Below, in pieces: positions 18,364-28,805 of a DNA stretch of 39,694 bases. A program made the position numbers and the translations under genes. Each line of letters starts with the position of its first letter. The first letter of the stretch is position 1. The notes under the pieces are model-generated. The model was given only the letters and a program-made list of their open reading frames with translations, did not search any database and was not told the origin of the DNA. This DNA is from Lachnospiraceae bacterium (GTDB lineage Bacteria; Bacillota; Clostridia; Lachnospirales; Lachnospiraceae). The stretch lies in assembly GCA_022790905.1 (NCBI GenBank), contig JAAVYC010000033.1, forward strand, positions 1 to 39,694, given 5' to 3'.

Positions 18364-20034
18364 CTAAAATAAACCTGTAATCATACCATTTTTGTCTACA
18401 TCAATGCCAAATGCTGCTGGCTGCTTTGGCAGTCCCGGCATAGTCATAATTGCTCCGTTGATTGCTACGACAAACTCTGCCCCGGCAGACACATAGACTT
18501 CGCGCACATTTACAGTAAATCCTCTTGGACGACCCAATTTTTTTGGATCATCAGACAGAGAATACTGTGTCTTTGCCATACAGACTGGAAAGTGTCCCAT
18601 CCCCATATCGGTAATTCGCCCAAGCTCTCTCTCAGCAGCCGGCGAATAAGTAACGTCCTCGGCACCATAGATTTCCTTTGCGATCGTCTCTATTTTTTCC
18701 TTTAATGTCAAACCATCTTTGTATAGAGGCTGGAAATGGCTTTCCTTTTTTTCAAGTGTTTCCAAAACTTTTTCTGCCAAAGCCGTTCCGCCTTCTCCAC
18801 CCTTTTCCCAAACTTCTGAGAGGGCAAATTCACAATTCCTCTCCCTGCAAAAGTTTTCGATAAAGGCGATCTCTTCTCTCGTATCTGTGAGGAAAGAATT
18901 CAAAGTCACAACGACAGGAATCCGGTATTTTTGCAAATTTTCAATATGCTTTTCTAAATTGACAATACCGCGCCTCAAAGCCTCCATATTTTCTTCTGAT
19001 AAATGTTCTTTTGGAATGTCTCCATTATACTTTAGAGCTCTCACAGTGGCTACCAGTACAATGGCATCCGGCTTTAAATCGGCTTTTCGGCATTTGATAT
19101 CTAAAAACTTTTCTGCGCCCAGATCTGCACCGAATCCGGCCTCTGTTACTACGATATCAGCCAGTTTTAACGCCGCTTTCGTCGCCCGGACACTATTACA
19201 GCCGTGTGCAATATTTGCAAAAGGTCCGCCGTGCACGATAGCAGGTGTGTGTTCTAATGTCTGAATTAAATTTGGTTTTAGGGCATCTTTTAAGAGAGCC
19301 GCCATCGCTCCGGTCGCTTTTAGATCATTCGCCGTCACAGGTTTTCCGTCAAAATTATAGGCAACAATAATATTTCCAAGACGACGCTTTAAATCTTCCA
19401 TGTCATCGGCAAGACAGAGAACCGCCATAATCTCAGAGGCAACGGTAATCACAAAATGATCTTCGCGCACCATCCCATCCATTTTATTTCCGAGTCCAAC
19501 TACAATATTGCGCAATACTCGGTCATTCATATCCAGACAGCGTTTCCAGATAATCTGCCTTGGGTCGATGCCAAGCCCATTTCCCTGCTGAATATGGTTG
19601 TCCAAAAGAGCCGCTAACAGATTATTTGCAGAAGTGATCGCATGAAAATCTCCAGTAAAATGAAGATTCAGATCTTCCATCGGTACAACCTGGGCATAAC
19701 CCCCTCCTGCTGCACCGCCTTTGATACCAAAACAAGGGCCTAGAGAGGGCTCACGAAGGGCAATTACCGCTTTTTTTCCAAGTTTTCCAAACGCCTGACC
19801 GAGACCGACACTCGTTGTCGTCTTTCCCTCGCCCGCCGGAGTTGGATTGATAGCGGTCACCAATACCAGCTTTCCATCTGGATTTGCCTGGATTCGTTCT
19901 AATAATTCGTCGGAAAACTTTGCTTTATATTTTCCATATAACTCCAATTCTCCTGCATCAATTTCTAACCTCTTTGCCACTTCTGTGATCGGTGCCATCG
20001 CGGCTTCCTGTGCGATCTGAATATCACTTTTCAT
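18364..20034 (-). CDS. fhs: Formate--tetrahydrofolate ligase
   Basis: [58 protein letters not shown]. Start set at MKSDIQ after GGAGG. Confidence 0.96.
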   Translation of the reverse strand: MKSDIQIAQEAAMAPITEVAKRLEIDAGELELYGKYKAKFSDELLERIQANPDGKLVLVTAINPTPAGEGKTTTSVGLGQAFGKLGKKAVIALREPSLGPCFGIKGGAAGGGYAQVVPMEDLNLHFTGDFHAITSANNLLAALLDNHIQQGNGLGIDPRQIIWKRCLDMNDRVLRNIVVGLGNKMDGMVREDHFVITVASEIMAVLCLADDMEDLKRRLGNIIVAYNFDGKPVTANDLKATGAMAALLKDALKPNLIQTLEHTPAIVHGGPFANIAHGCNSVRATKAALKLADIVVTEAGFGADLGAEKFLDIKCRKADLKPDAIVLVATVRALKYNGDIPKEHLSEENMEALRRGIVNLEKHIENLQKYRIPVVVTLNSFLTDTREEIAFIENFCRERNCEFALSEVWEKGGEGGTALAEKVLETLEKKESHFQPLYKDGLTLKEKIETIAKEIYGAEDVTYSPAAERELGRITDMGMGHFPVCMAKTQYSLSDDPKKLGRPRGFTVNVREVYVSAGAEFVVAINGAIMTMPGLPKQPAAFGIDVDKNGMITGLF

Positions 20035-20119
20035 ACATCTGTCCTCCATCTTTCATCCCTGTACTCTGGCTTAGAACCTCATTTTGAGATCCTCTGCTAT
20101 TTGATTATGCCGTCAATTT

Positions 20120-22714
20120 TTACAAATATTCTTCCCGATACTGTTCAAATTCCTCCGGTCCCATCAACACTTTTCTAGGCTTTGTCCCCTCTTCCGGTCC
20201 GACAATTCCCGCCTCCTCTAACTGATCCATAATACGGGCGGCACGGTTAAATCCAATCTTAAAATAGCGCTGTAACATACCAATCGAACCTTTTTCTTTT
20301 TCAATCAATAATTTTGCCGCATCTGCAAAATAGGCATCTCTCTCATCTGCCTCCCCCGCATTTCCTCCATTTTTGGCTGAGGGAGCCGAAGCGTGAATTT
20401 TTTCCTCCAGTTCCGCATCATATGATGTCTCTCCATTTTGGCTTGTCAAAAAGGTTACCACTTCTTGTACCTCCTTGTCTGAGACAAAAGCCCCCTGTAC
20501 ACGGAGTGGTTTGCTGTATCCTTGAGGATAAAAGAGCATATCCCCTTTTCCCAAAAGCTTTTCCGCTCCATTCATATCCAAAATGGTTCTAGAATCCACA
20601 CCAGATGTCACTGCAAAGGCTACACGCGAAGGCATATTCGCCTTGATCAGTCCGGTAATAACATTAACGGACGGTCTTTGCGTTGCGATAATCAGATGAA
20701 TACCTGCCGCTCTTGCAAGCTGCGCCAAACGACAAATCGCATCCTCGACCTCTCCAGGCGCTACCATCATCAAATCCGCCAGCTCATCTACAATAATCAC
20801 AATTTGAGGCAATTTTTTCGGTTTGCTCTCATCGTCGATATCTTTGATACTCTCAACTTTTTGATTATATCCCTCTAAATCCCTCACGCCGTAATCGGCA
20901 AATTTTTCATAGCGATCCGTCATCTCTGAGACTGCCCAGTGCAGTGCGCCGGAAGCTTTCTTTGGATCCGTTACGACAGGGATAAACAAATGTGGAATTC
21001 CATTATAGACACTCAACTCCACTACTTTTGGATCAATCATAATCAATTTTACATCTTCTGGATTTGCCTTATATAAAATACTCATGATGATTGTATTGAT
21101 GCAGACTGATTTTCCCGAACCGGTTGCACCTGCAATTAAAACGTGCGGCATTTTTTTGATGTCTGCCACAACGATATTTCCTCCAATATCCTTCCCTGCC
21201 GCAAAGGCAATTTTAGATGGATGTTTTTGGAACGCCTCCGATTCGATCAATTCCCGAAATGCAACTGTCACAGTCTCTTTATTGGGAACTTCGATACCAA
21301 TCGCGGCTTTTCCCGGTATCGGTGCCTCAATTCGGATGTCCTCCGCAGCAAGATTCAATTTGATATCGTCTGCAAGATTGACAATTTTACTGACCTTTAC
21401 TCCCATCTCCGGCTGCAATTCATAGCGGGTGACACTCGGACCACAGCTTACATTCGTAATGCTCACATTGACGCCAAAATTTTTCAATGTCTGCTGCAAT
21501 TTATTCGCCGTCTCCTGCAAATGTTCCCTGGTATCTCCCATGCTTTTTGAAGAGCCTTTACTCAGCAAATCAACTGGGGGAAACATATAATTTCTACCGT
21601 GATCCGCATTCTTTTGCTGTACCTTTTCTTCGATCTCGCTGACATCCTTTTGTATCTCTTTTTCAGACTGACGTGATCTCTCACTCTTGCGCGGTACCGG
21701 CTCTTCTTTCTCTCCCATGGCGGATTCCGGTACTGGTTCCACAATAGGTGTCGATTCCGGTTTCACCGGTTCTTCTAGAGCAACCTCTGGTACAACTTCA
21801 ATTTCTGATATCTCCATCTCCTCTGACAAGGGTTCTACCTGAGCAGCCACTTCTCTATCTGATGTCAGTACAATATGCTCCTGCTCTCCTACCGGAGGAG
21901 TCTGTAAAATATCGTCAATATTAATCTCACTCATCGCATCGGACGATTCTGCTTCCTGTAATACGTTCTTCTTTTTCATTGTGGAGGGTTTTACCTCCTC
22001 CTTTTTCTCCAGTACCGGTTTTATGGCAGTATCCAATGCGACACCGACCGCTTTCTTATCACTTCTTTTTAAGCGCTGAATTTCTTCCCTTTCTTCTCTC
22101 TGTTCTCTTCTCTGCGCTCTGCGCTTCTCCGTCTCCTCCTTTGCAGCATTTGCCACATGATAGACCTTCTGACCGCCTTTTTTCATCCCGCGAAAAGCCG
22201 ACCGCTCCGTAATCAGAATCAAGGTAATAATCAATCCGACAATGTCAATCACATAGGTTCCGATCAATCCAAAAGCCGGATAGATCATCGCTGCAAACAG
22301 CCCGCCAAAAAAACCGCCGCCGTTTCGTTCTTTCCTGCCATATGTAAATGCGGTTATCGCGGAATCCTTCGCACTGCCATCCGCAGTCAATTCCACAAAA
22401 AGACACAGCAGTATTAAAAATAATACGGCTGCAGCTACTTTGATCCATGCAATCTTATTTCCCTTATTTGATATGAAAAAAGCCGTTAATACCACCATAC
22501 AGATTGGAAAAATATACGCAACCAAACCAAAAATCCCAAAAAATAGGGAACTCAGGGCATTCCCTACGAAACCGCCAATCCCAAAATTGCTAAGTAGTAA
22601 AATAATGGAAAATGCCAGCACTGCCCAGAGAATGATCTCTTCTCTCTGGGAAGCGGCTGTCTCCTCTGCTTTTTTCTTGTTTTTCTTCTTCTTATTATTC
22701 AAAGCTGATGCCAT
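20120..22714 (-). CDS. ftsK: DNA translocase FtsK/SpoIIIE
   Basis: N-terminal TM domain, acidic linker, PHVLIAGATGSGKS, IIVDELADLMM, ATQRPSV, and gamma domain LQRYFKIGFNRAARIMDQLE. Confidence 0.95.
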   Translation of the reverse strand: MASALNNKKKKNKKKAEETAASQREEIILWAVLAFSIILLLSNFGIGGFVGNALSSLFFGIFGLVAYIFPICMVVLTAFFISNKGNKIAWIKVAAAVLFLILLCLFVELTADGSAKDSAITAFTYGRKERNGGGFFGGLFAAMIYPAFGLIGTYVIDIVGLIITLILITERSAFRGMKKGGQKVYHVANAAKEETEKRRAQRREQREEREEIQRLKRSDKKAVGVALDTAIKPVLEKKEEVKPSTMKKKNVLQEAESSDAMSEINIDDILQTPPVGEQEHIVLTSDREVAAQVEPLSEEMEISEIEVVPEVALEEPVKPESTPIVEPVPESAMGEKEEPVPRKSERSRQSEKEIQKDVSEIEEKVQQKNADHGRNYMFPPVDLLSKGSSKSMGDTREHLQETANKLQQTLKNFGVNVSITNVSCGPSVTRYELQPEMGVKVSKIVNLADDIKLNLAAEDIRIEAPIPGKAAIGIEVPNKETVTVAFRELIESEAFQKHPSKIAFAAGKDIGGNIVVADIKKMPHVLIAGATGSGKSVCINTIIMSILYKANPEDVKLIMIDPKVVELSVYNGIPHLFIPVVTDPKKASGALHWAVSEMTDRYEKFADYGVRDLEGYNQKVESIKDIDDESKPKKLPQIVIIVDELADLMMVAPGEVEDAICRLAQLARAAGIHLIIATQRPSVNVITGLIKANMPSRVAFAVTSGVDSRTILDMNGAEKLLGKGDMLFYPQGYSKPLRVQGAFVSDKEVQEVVTFLTSQNGETSYDAELEEKIHASAPSAKNGGNAGEADERDAYFADAAKLLIEKEKGSIGMLQRYFKIGFNRAARIMDQLEEAGIVGPEEGTKPRKVLMGPEEFEQYREEYL

Positions 22715-22729
22715 AATTCCCTCCAGCCC

Positions 22730-23608
22730 TTATGCCATATAAAAATATCCACCGATAGACATTAATCCCACAATGAGACAGTAAATCGAAAAAATCGTGA
22801 ATTTTTTCTTTCTCACAATCACGAGCATAGTCTTAATACAGATATAACCGACAAAAGCGGCTACTGCCATTCCAATCAGATAATACAAAATTTCCGTTCC
22901 CGTCACAGACGATATCTTAAAATCTTTCAATTCCAAAATGGTTGCTCCCAAAACAGCCGGAATCGACATAATAAAAGAGTATTTTACCGCAAAACGGCGA
23001 TCAAAGCCACTGATCAGACATGCTGCTATCGTAGTTCCAGATCTCGATAATCCCGGAAGCGTTGCGATTCCCTGACAGATACCGATGATAAACCCGTTCG
23101 TGTAAGACACATTTTTCGGCCCCTTATTTCCCATATGAATTCTATCTGAAATAAACAGTAAAATACTAGTCCCAATCAGACAAATTCCAGGAATAATCAA
23201 AATCTCAGAAGCCATCGTCACAAGGTCCGATGCCACCAGTCCGATGATACCGGTCGGTATCGTAGATACAAGAACTAAAAGTACGAATTTTCGATATCCG
23301 TTTGTCACAATTTTTATGTATTCATTTTGTTCATGCATACATTTATTGCGGAAAAATCGAACTACATTGATAAAACTATCTCTTACAATGCTGCATCCCT
23401 CTACGATCATACTGAAAATATCTTTGTAATAGACTGCAAAAATGGCAATCAATGTCCCAAGATGCAAAATGACATCGAACAACAGTCCCGTATCAGTTTT
23501 CATATGAAACAGAATCTTAAAAATGGCAAGGTGTCCGCTGCTGCTTACGGGTAAAAATTCCGTGACTCCTTGAATGATTCCCATAATAATTGCTTGTAAT
23601 AATGACAT
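22730..23608 (-). CDS. uppP: Undecaprenyl-diphosphate phosphatase (BacA family)
   Basis: GIIQGVTEFLPVSSSGHL and PGLSRSGTTI motifs. Confidence 0.95.
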   Translation of the reverse strand: MSLLQAIIMGIIQGVTEFLPVSSSGHLAIFKILFHMKTDTGLLFDVILHLGTLIAIFAVYYKDIFSMIVEGCSIVRDSFINVVRFFRNKCMHEQNEYIKIVTNGYRKFVLLVLVSTIPTGIIGLVASDLVTMASEILIIPGICLIGTSILLFISDRIHMGNKGPKNVSYTNGFIIGICQGIATLPGLSRSGTTIAACLISGFDRRFAVKYSFIMSIPAVLGATILELKDFKISSVTGTEILYYLIGMAVAAFVGYICIKTMLVIVRKKKFTIFSIYCLIVGLMSIGGYFYMA

Positions 23609-23741
23609 AATATCCTCCCGATTCTCTTTACATGTTTATATGTCAAAAAAGAGAAAAATATCCTAGTTTTTCCCATACAAAATATACTATCATATTTAGA
23701 CATCATTGTCATTAAAAGATTCTGTTTCCAACATTTAAGAT

Positions 23742-24401
23742 TTATTTAATTCCTTCTTCAATCATCTGATGTAATCTCTGCAATGCTTCTCTCATTCCGC
23801 CCACTTCGTTGATAATTCCCTCTTCTACAGCTGCTTTTCCGACTAAAATTGTCCCCAGATCTTTTGACATCATAAATGTATTCATCATCAGCTTTTCCAT
23901 CTGATCTGGTCTTGCAAAACAGTGATCACAGATAAAGCCAATAATGCGATCTTGCATCTGTTTAAAATATTCATAAGTCTGCGGCGCGCCGATTACCGTA
24001 CCACTCAAGCGCACAGGATGAATCACCATGGTTCCCGTTGGCACAATAAAAGAATAATCCGCAGAAACGGCAAGCGGCACCCCAATCGAATGACTTCCCC
24101 CCAACACCAGCGAGACCGTCGGGATACTCAAAGAAGCTACCATCTCCGCAATCGCAAGGCCCGACTCCACATCTCCGCCGACTGTGTTGAGCAAAAGTAA
24201 TAATCCGTCTATCTCCTTAGAATCCTCAATCTCCGCAAGTTTTGGCAATACATGTTCATATTTTGTCGTCTTTGTATTCGCAGAAAGCGTTTCATGTCCC
24301 TCCACTTCTCCGATAATCGTTAAGAGATGTATTTTGTGTTCTTTATCATTTTTATCTAAAAGACGCTGTCCATCATCATTACTATTTCGATCTTCTCCCA
24401 T
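23742..24401 (-). CDS. tepA: ClpP-like protease, TepA type
   Basis: IIGEVEGH...KTTKYEHVLP, LNTVGGDVESGLAIAE, GGSHSIGVPLAVS, MVIHPVRL. Lies near ftsK, like B. subtilis tepA-spoIIIE. Confidence 0.82.
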   Translation of the reverse strand: MGEDRNSNDDGQRLLDKNDKEHKIHLLTIIGEVEGHETLSANTKTTKYEHVLPKLAEIEDSKEIDGLLLLLNTVGGDVESGLAIAEMVASLSIPTVSLVLGGSHSIGVPLAVSADYSFIVPTGTMVIHPVRLSGTVIGAPQTYEYFKQMQDRIIGFICDHCFARPDQMEKLMMNTFMMSKDLGTILVGKAAVEEGIINEVGGMREALQRLHQMIEEGIK

Positions 24402-24440
24402 ATGTCTCTCCTTTCTTTTTCAATAAGACCCCTTTTACAC

Positions 24441-24472
24441 AAAAATAGAGAGCTTGTCTCACTCTCTATTTT
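24441..24472 (-). terminator. Intrinsic terminator after bioY
   Basis: AAAATAGAGAG-9nt-CTCTCTATTTT perfect stem with T tail on the minus strand. Confidence 0.7.
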
Positions 24473-24534
24473 CGTATTTTATGTATTTTTCCTCATTTTA
24501 TTCTTTCTGGAACATCCACAGATGAAAATTTTCA

Positions 24535-25098
24535 TTATTCACTCGTTGAGGCGAGCAGGTTCTGACTTAGGAGAACTTTTCGCACCTGATATCCGACAAC
24601 GACAGCACAAACCAGTTTCACCAAGTCCAGTGGAATATATGGAAATACACACATCGTAAGCGCCTCCATAATTCCAGTCTGATACTGAATGACAAACCAT
24701 GCTGTTCCAAAGGCATAACAAGCTATGATGCCAAGGATTCCGCCCACAACATACATCAGAATCTTTCCCGGGAATTTTTCCACAAACAATCCTATAAAAA
24801 AGACAAGAAACACGTAACCTACTAAATAACCTCCTGTCGGTCCTACAAATTTTTGTATCCCGCCGGTAAAACCGGTAAACACCGGAAGCCCAGCCATGCC
24901 AAGCAACAGATATACGATTGTACTAATGACACCTTTCCATTTGCCCAAAATGATTCCTGCTAAAAACAGTGCAAAAAATGACAATGTAATCGGAATCGGC
25001 GATATCGGAATCGGAATAGAGAATGGAGAGATGATACTGATGACTGCCGTAACCATGGCTATGACCGACATGTCTTTTACTGTTATTTTCTTCCTCAT
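24535..25098 (-). CDS. bioY: Biotin ECF transporter substrate-binding component BioY
   Basis: PIPITL, YLLLGMAGLPVFTG, GPTGGYLVGY motifs; BirA boxes upstream. Confidence 0.92.
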   Translation of the reverse strand: MRKKITVKDMSVIAMVTAVISIISPFSIPIPISPIPITLSFFALFLAGIILGKWKGVISTIVYLLLGMAGLPVFTGFTGGIQKFVGPTGGYLVGYVFLVFFIGLFVEKFPGKILMYVVGGILGIIACYAFGTAWFVIQYQTGIMEALTMCVFPYIPLDLVKLVCAVVVGYQVRKVLLSQNLLASTSE

Positions 25099-25114
25099 AC
25101 AAGTAGCTCCTTAT

Positions 25115-25143
25115 TGTTAACTAGTTTATTTGTTCTGTTAACA
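25115..25143. promoter_or_regulatory. BirA operator 1
   Basis: TGTTAAC-N15-GTTAACA perfect dyad matching the Firmicute BirA consensus; lies between promoter and RBS. Confidence 0.8.
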
Positions 25144-25146
25144 TTA

Positions 25147-25175
25147 AGGATACCCTACTCATGTATATTTGTCAA
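25147..25175 (-). promoter_or_regulatory. sigmaA promoter of bioY
   Basis: TTGACA-N17-TATCCT on the minus strand. Confidence 0.65.
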
Positions 25176-25199
25176 CCTGTTTTTTATTTTTGGTTGACT
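25170..25199. promoter_or_regulatory. BirA operator 2, overlapping the -35 box
   Basis: tGTCAACC-N14-GGTTGACt dyad. Confidence 0.72.
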
Positions 25200-25201
25200 A
25201 T

Positions 25202-26656
25202 TTATTTTTCACCTATCAAATAAGAATACAGTCCCATATATTTTTCCGTGGACTTCTTCCAGGAAAAATCCATCTCCATTCCACGTTCGACCATCTGATT
25301 CCACTGACGCTTCTTTTCAAAAAAGACATATTTTGAATAGTTGATCGTATTCAACATTTCCTCACCGTTATAATTGGTGAAAGAAAATCCCTCCCCAGTG
25401 TTCTCATATTCATTGAATGGTTTTACAGTATCCTTCAAACCGCCCGTCTCTCGCACAATAGGAACCGTTCCATAGCGATAGGAAATCAATTGCGTCAGCC
25501 CGCATGGTTCAAACCGAGATGGCATCAAAAACGCATCGGCTGAGGCATACAATTTATGCGCCAACTCATCGGAATAGCAGATATTAGCAGAGATCTTATC
25601 CCCATACTTCCAGGCAAAATGCCGGAACATATTTTCATAATCCGCATCTCCTGTCCCAATCACAACCAGTTGCGTATAGTCATCAATCACACGTTCAATC
25701 ACATAGCGAACCAAATCTAGCCCCTTTTGATCCGTCAGCCTTGAGATCAGGCCAATCATATACTTTTTCTTATCCACGGTCAGTCCCAGATCCTCCTGCA
25801 ACTTTACCTTGTTCTTCCATTTTTTTGTCCTAAAATCATGTTTGTCATAGTTCACAAACAGACTTGTATCTGTCTTCGGATTGTAGACGTCATAATCTAT
25901 TCCATTTACAATTCCCTGCATATCAAAATGTCTAGCTCCCAAAAGACCGTCTAGCCCTTCACCGTAGTAAGAACTTTGAATCTCGTCGGCATACGTCTCG
26001 CTGACCGTTGTGAGATAGTCTGCATACACCAGTCCACCTTTTAACATGTTGGCATCCTCTTGGAATTCCAACTTATCCGGTGTAAAAAAGGACATATCCA
26101 ATCCGCTCAATCCCTGCAATGTCTTAATATCCCAGACTCCCTGAAATTTCAGATTGTGGATCGTCATAATAGATTTCATTCCCCAGAAAAACATATCCCC
26201 CTGAAATTCATTCTTCAAATAGACTGGAATTAGCCCTGTCTGCCAATCATGACAGTGAATAATATCTGGATGAAAATCCACCAGCGGAAGCATAGAGAGC
26301 ACTGCCTTGTCAAAAAAACAAAATTTTTCGATATCATAGCGCACGTTTCCGTATGGTAAAAAACTGTCAAAATATTCCTGATTATCAATAAAATAGTAGA
26401 TGATTCCGTCCAATTCATATTGCAGGACTCCCACATATTTATCCTGGATCAGCGGTCCCACGCCCAGATAAAAGTGAGTCACATATTTAAAATTATTTCG
26501 ATATGCCTCCGAAATACAACTATAATTTGGCAATACAACCCTGACATCCCACTCTTCTTTATCAAACTCTTTTGGCAATGCGCCGCATACGTCTGCAAGA
26601 CCTCCGGTCTTGACAAATGGAACACATTCTGATGCTGCAAATAGAACCCTTTTCAT
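25202..26656 (-). CDS. glgA: Glycogen synthase
   Basis: PFVKTGGLADV, IIHCHDWQT, ISRLTDQKG, MPSRFEPCGLTQL. Confidence 0.95.
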   Translation of the reverse strand: MKRVLFAASECVPFVKTGGLADVCGALPKEFDKEEWDVRVVLPNYSCISEAYRNNFKYVTHFYLGVGPLIQDKYVGVLQYELDGIIYYFIDNQEYFDSFLPYGNVRYDIEKFCFFDKAVLSMLPLVDFHPDIIHCHDWQTGLIPVYLKNEFQGDMFFWGMKSIMTIHNLKFQGVWDIKTLQGLSGLDMSFFTPDKLEFQEDANMLKGGLVYADYLTTVSETYADEIQSSYYGEGLDGLLGARHFDMQGIVNGIDYDVYNPKTDTSLFVNYDKHDFRTKKWKNKVKLQEDLGLTVDKKKYMIGLISRLTDQKGLDLVRYVIERVIDDYTQLVVIGTGDADYENMFRHFAWKYGDKISANICYSDELAHKLYASADAFLMPSRFEPCGLTQLISYRYGTVPIVRETGGLKDTVKPFNEYENTGEGFSFTNYNGEEMLNTINYSKYVFFEKKRQWNQMVERGMEMDFSWKKSTEKYMGLYSYLIGEK

Positions 26657-26675
26657 TCTTTCCCCTCCATTGTAG

Positions 26676-27959
26676 TTAAATATTTGACAATGCCTGCTCT
26701 AAATCGGCGATAATATCCTGCGCGTTCTCAATTCCAACGGAAAAACGAATCAAATCCGGCTGTACGCCTGCCTCGATCAATTCCTCTTCCGATAATTGTC
26801 TGTGTGTGTGACTCGCTGGATGTAAAACACAAGTTCTCGCATCTGCGACATGTGTCACAATCGCGGCAAGTTTCAATTGGTCCATAAATGCTTTTGCCTC
26901 GTCTCTTCCGCCTTTTAATCCAAATGAAATGACTCCACAAGTTCCGTTTGGCATATATTTTTTCGCAAGCTCGTAATATTTATTCGATGGAAGGCCTGCA
27001 TAATTTACCCATTTCACCCGATCGTTATTTTCCAAATACTGCGCCACTTTCAACGCATTTTCACAGTGTCTTGGAACTCTTAAGTGAAGCGTCTCGAGTC
27101 CGACATTCAATAAAAACGCATTTTGCGGAGATTGGATGGAGCCCAAATCCCTCATAAGCTGTGTCGTTGCCTTTGTGATATAGGCGCCTTTTCCAAATTT
27201 CTTTGTATAGACAACTCCATGGTAAGATTCATCCGGCTGTGTCAGCCCCGGAAACTTTTCCGCATGTGCCTCCCAGTCAAAATTTCCGCTGTCAATAATG
27301 GCTCCGCCGACACACATGGCGTGTCCATCCATGTATTTTGTCGTGGAATGTGTCACAATATCTGCTCCCCACTCAAAAGGGCGACAATTGATCGGTGTTG
27401 CAAACGTATTATCAATAATCAGCGGAACATCATGTTCATGTGCCAATCTCGCAAATTTTTCAATGTCGAGAACTACCAGAGATGGATTAGAGATTGTCTC
27501 CGCAAAGACACATTTTGTATTTGGGCGAAATGCTTTTTCTAACTCCTCATATGATAAATCTGGATCTACAAACGTACAGTCGATCCCCATTTTTTTCATC
27601 GTTGTTCCGTACAGATTAAACGTTCCGCCGTAGATTGTGGATGCGCTTACGATATGATCGCCGCTTTCACAGATATTAAATACCGCATAATAATTCGCCG
27701 CCTGTCCGGAAGAGGTCAGCATACCAGCCACTCCTCCCTCTAACTCTGTAATTTTTTCAGCTACCGTATCATTGGTCGGATTTTGAAGTCTTGTATAAAA
27801 ATAGCCACTGTCCTCCAAATCGAAAAGCTTTCCCATCTGGTCGGAAGTGTCGTATTTAAACGTCGTACTCTGGTAGATCGGCAAAACTCTCGGCTCTCCC
27901 TTTCCTGGATGCCATCCCGACTGGATACATTTTGTTTCAATTTTATAATTCTTACTCAT
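26676..27959 (-). CDS. metY: O-acetylhomoserine aminocarboxypropyltransferase (sulfhydrylase), MetY type
   Basis: PIYQSTTF, YTRLQNPT, SSGQAA, IIDNTFATP, HSTTKYMDGH (PLP lysine), HPASHTHRQL. Confidence 0.88.
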   Translation of the reverse strand: MSKNYKIETKCIQSGWHPGKGEPRVLPIYQSTTFKYDTSDQMGKLFDLEDSGYFYTRLQNPTNDTVAEKITELEGGVAGMLTSSGQAANYYAVFNICESGDHIVSASTIYGGTFNLYGTTMKKMGIDCTFVDPDLSYEELEKAFRPNTKCVFAETISNPSLVVLDIEKFARLAHEHDVPLIIDNTFATPINCRPFEWGADIVTHSTTKYMDGHAMCVGGAIIDSGNFDWEAHAEKFPGLTQPDESYHGVVYTKKFGKGAYITKATTQLMRDLGSIQSPQNAFLLNVGLETLHLRVPRHCENALKVAQYLENNDRVKWVNYAGLPSNKYYELAKKYMPNGTCGVISFGLKGGRDEAKAFMDQLKLAAIVTHVADARTCVLHPASHTHRQLSEEELIEAGVQPDLIRFSVGIENAQDIIADLEQALSNI

Positions 27960-28009
27960 CTTTTTGCTCCTTTATGAAAATATTGCATCGATCTTTCGTT
28001 CTTTATAGC

Positions 28010-28034
28010 AAAAACCCCGGCGTTCTGCCGGGTT
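28010..28034 (-). terminator. Intrinsic terminator after yebC
   Basis: Minus strand AACCCGGC-AGAAC-GCCGGGG-TTTTT. Confidence 0.8.
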
Positions 28035-28042
28035 ATCTGCAA

Positions 28043-28771
28043 TTATTCATCCCAATTATGATATACTTCCTGAACGTCCTCGTCCTCGTCCAACAAATCC
28101 AATGTCTTATTGATATTGTATAGATCCTGTTCATCTGTCAACTGCACATAATTTTGTGGAATCATCGTCACCTCTGCAGATGCCATAGGAATCTGCTCTG
28201 CTTCCAATGCCTCCCTGACTTTTGAAAAATCATCCGGATCTGTGATAATCTCAAAGCTGTCCTCTTCTTCCGAAAAGTCCTCTGCTCCCGCATCCAAAGC
28301 CAGCATCATCAGATCATCTGCATCCAGATTGGTCTCCTCTTTCGCGACAATAATCTGTCCTTTTGTATCAAACATATATGATACACATCCCTGCGTACCA
28401 ATATTTCCCTTTCCTTTTGTAAAAGCATTTCTCACATTCGCCGCCGTTCGATTCTTGTTATCTGTCAGTGCTTTTACGATGATTGCTGTCCCACTCGGTC
28501 CATATCCTTCGTATACAACATATTCATAGTTGACAGAAGCCGCATCACCGGATGCCTTCTTGATTCCTCTTGTGATCGTATCATTCGGCATATTGTTTGC
28601 CTTTGCCTTCGCAATGACATCACGCAGTTTACTGTTATTTGCCGGATCTGCACCGCCCTCTTTTACTGCAACGGCAATCTCTCGTCCGATAATTGTAAAG
28701 ATTTTCCCCTTTGCCGCATCATTTTTTTCTTTCTTATGCTTAATATTGGCAAATTTGGAATGTCCTGACAT
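28043..28771 (-). CDS. yebC: YebC/PmpR-family protein
   Basis: MSGHSKFANIKHKK, YEGYGPSG, LTDNKNRT, DVQEVYHN. Confidence 0.93.
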   Translation of the reverse strand: MSGHSKFANIKHKKEKNDAAKGKIFTIIGREIAVAVKEGGADPANNSKLRDVIAKAKANNMPNDTITRGIKKASGDAASVNYEYVVYEGYGPSGTAIIVKALTDNKNRTAANVRNAFTKGKGNIGTQGCVSYMFDTKGQIIVAKEETNLDADDLMMLALDAGAEDFSEEEDSFEIITDPDDFSKVREALEAEQIPMASAEVTMIPQNYVQLTDEQDLYNINKTLDLLDEDEDVQEVYHNWDE

Positions 28772-28805
28772 ATTTTTTCCTCTTTTCTGTTCGTTTTTCC
28801 GCTCT

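Noticed and set aside
20035-20119. Possible THF or ZTP riboswitch upstream of fhs-folD
   Set aside because: Only about 85 nt, with no recognisable aptamer consensus or terminator.
24480-24505. Possible sigG promoter for tepA (GAATA...CATAAAATA)
   Set aside because: Spacing and -10 match are poor and the bioY terminator lies downstream of it; cannot be supported.
27960-28042. SAM riboswitch or T-box upstream of metY
   Set aside because: The space is too short and largely taken by the yebC terminator; no S-box or T-box motif.
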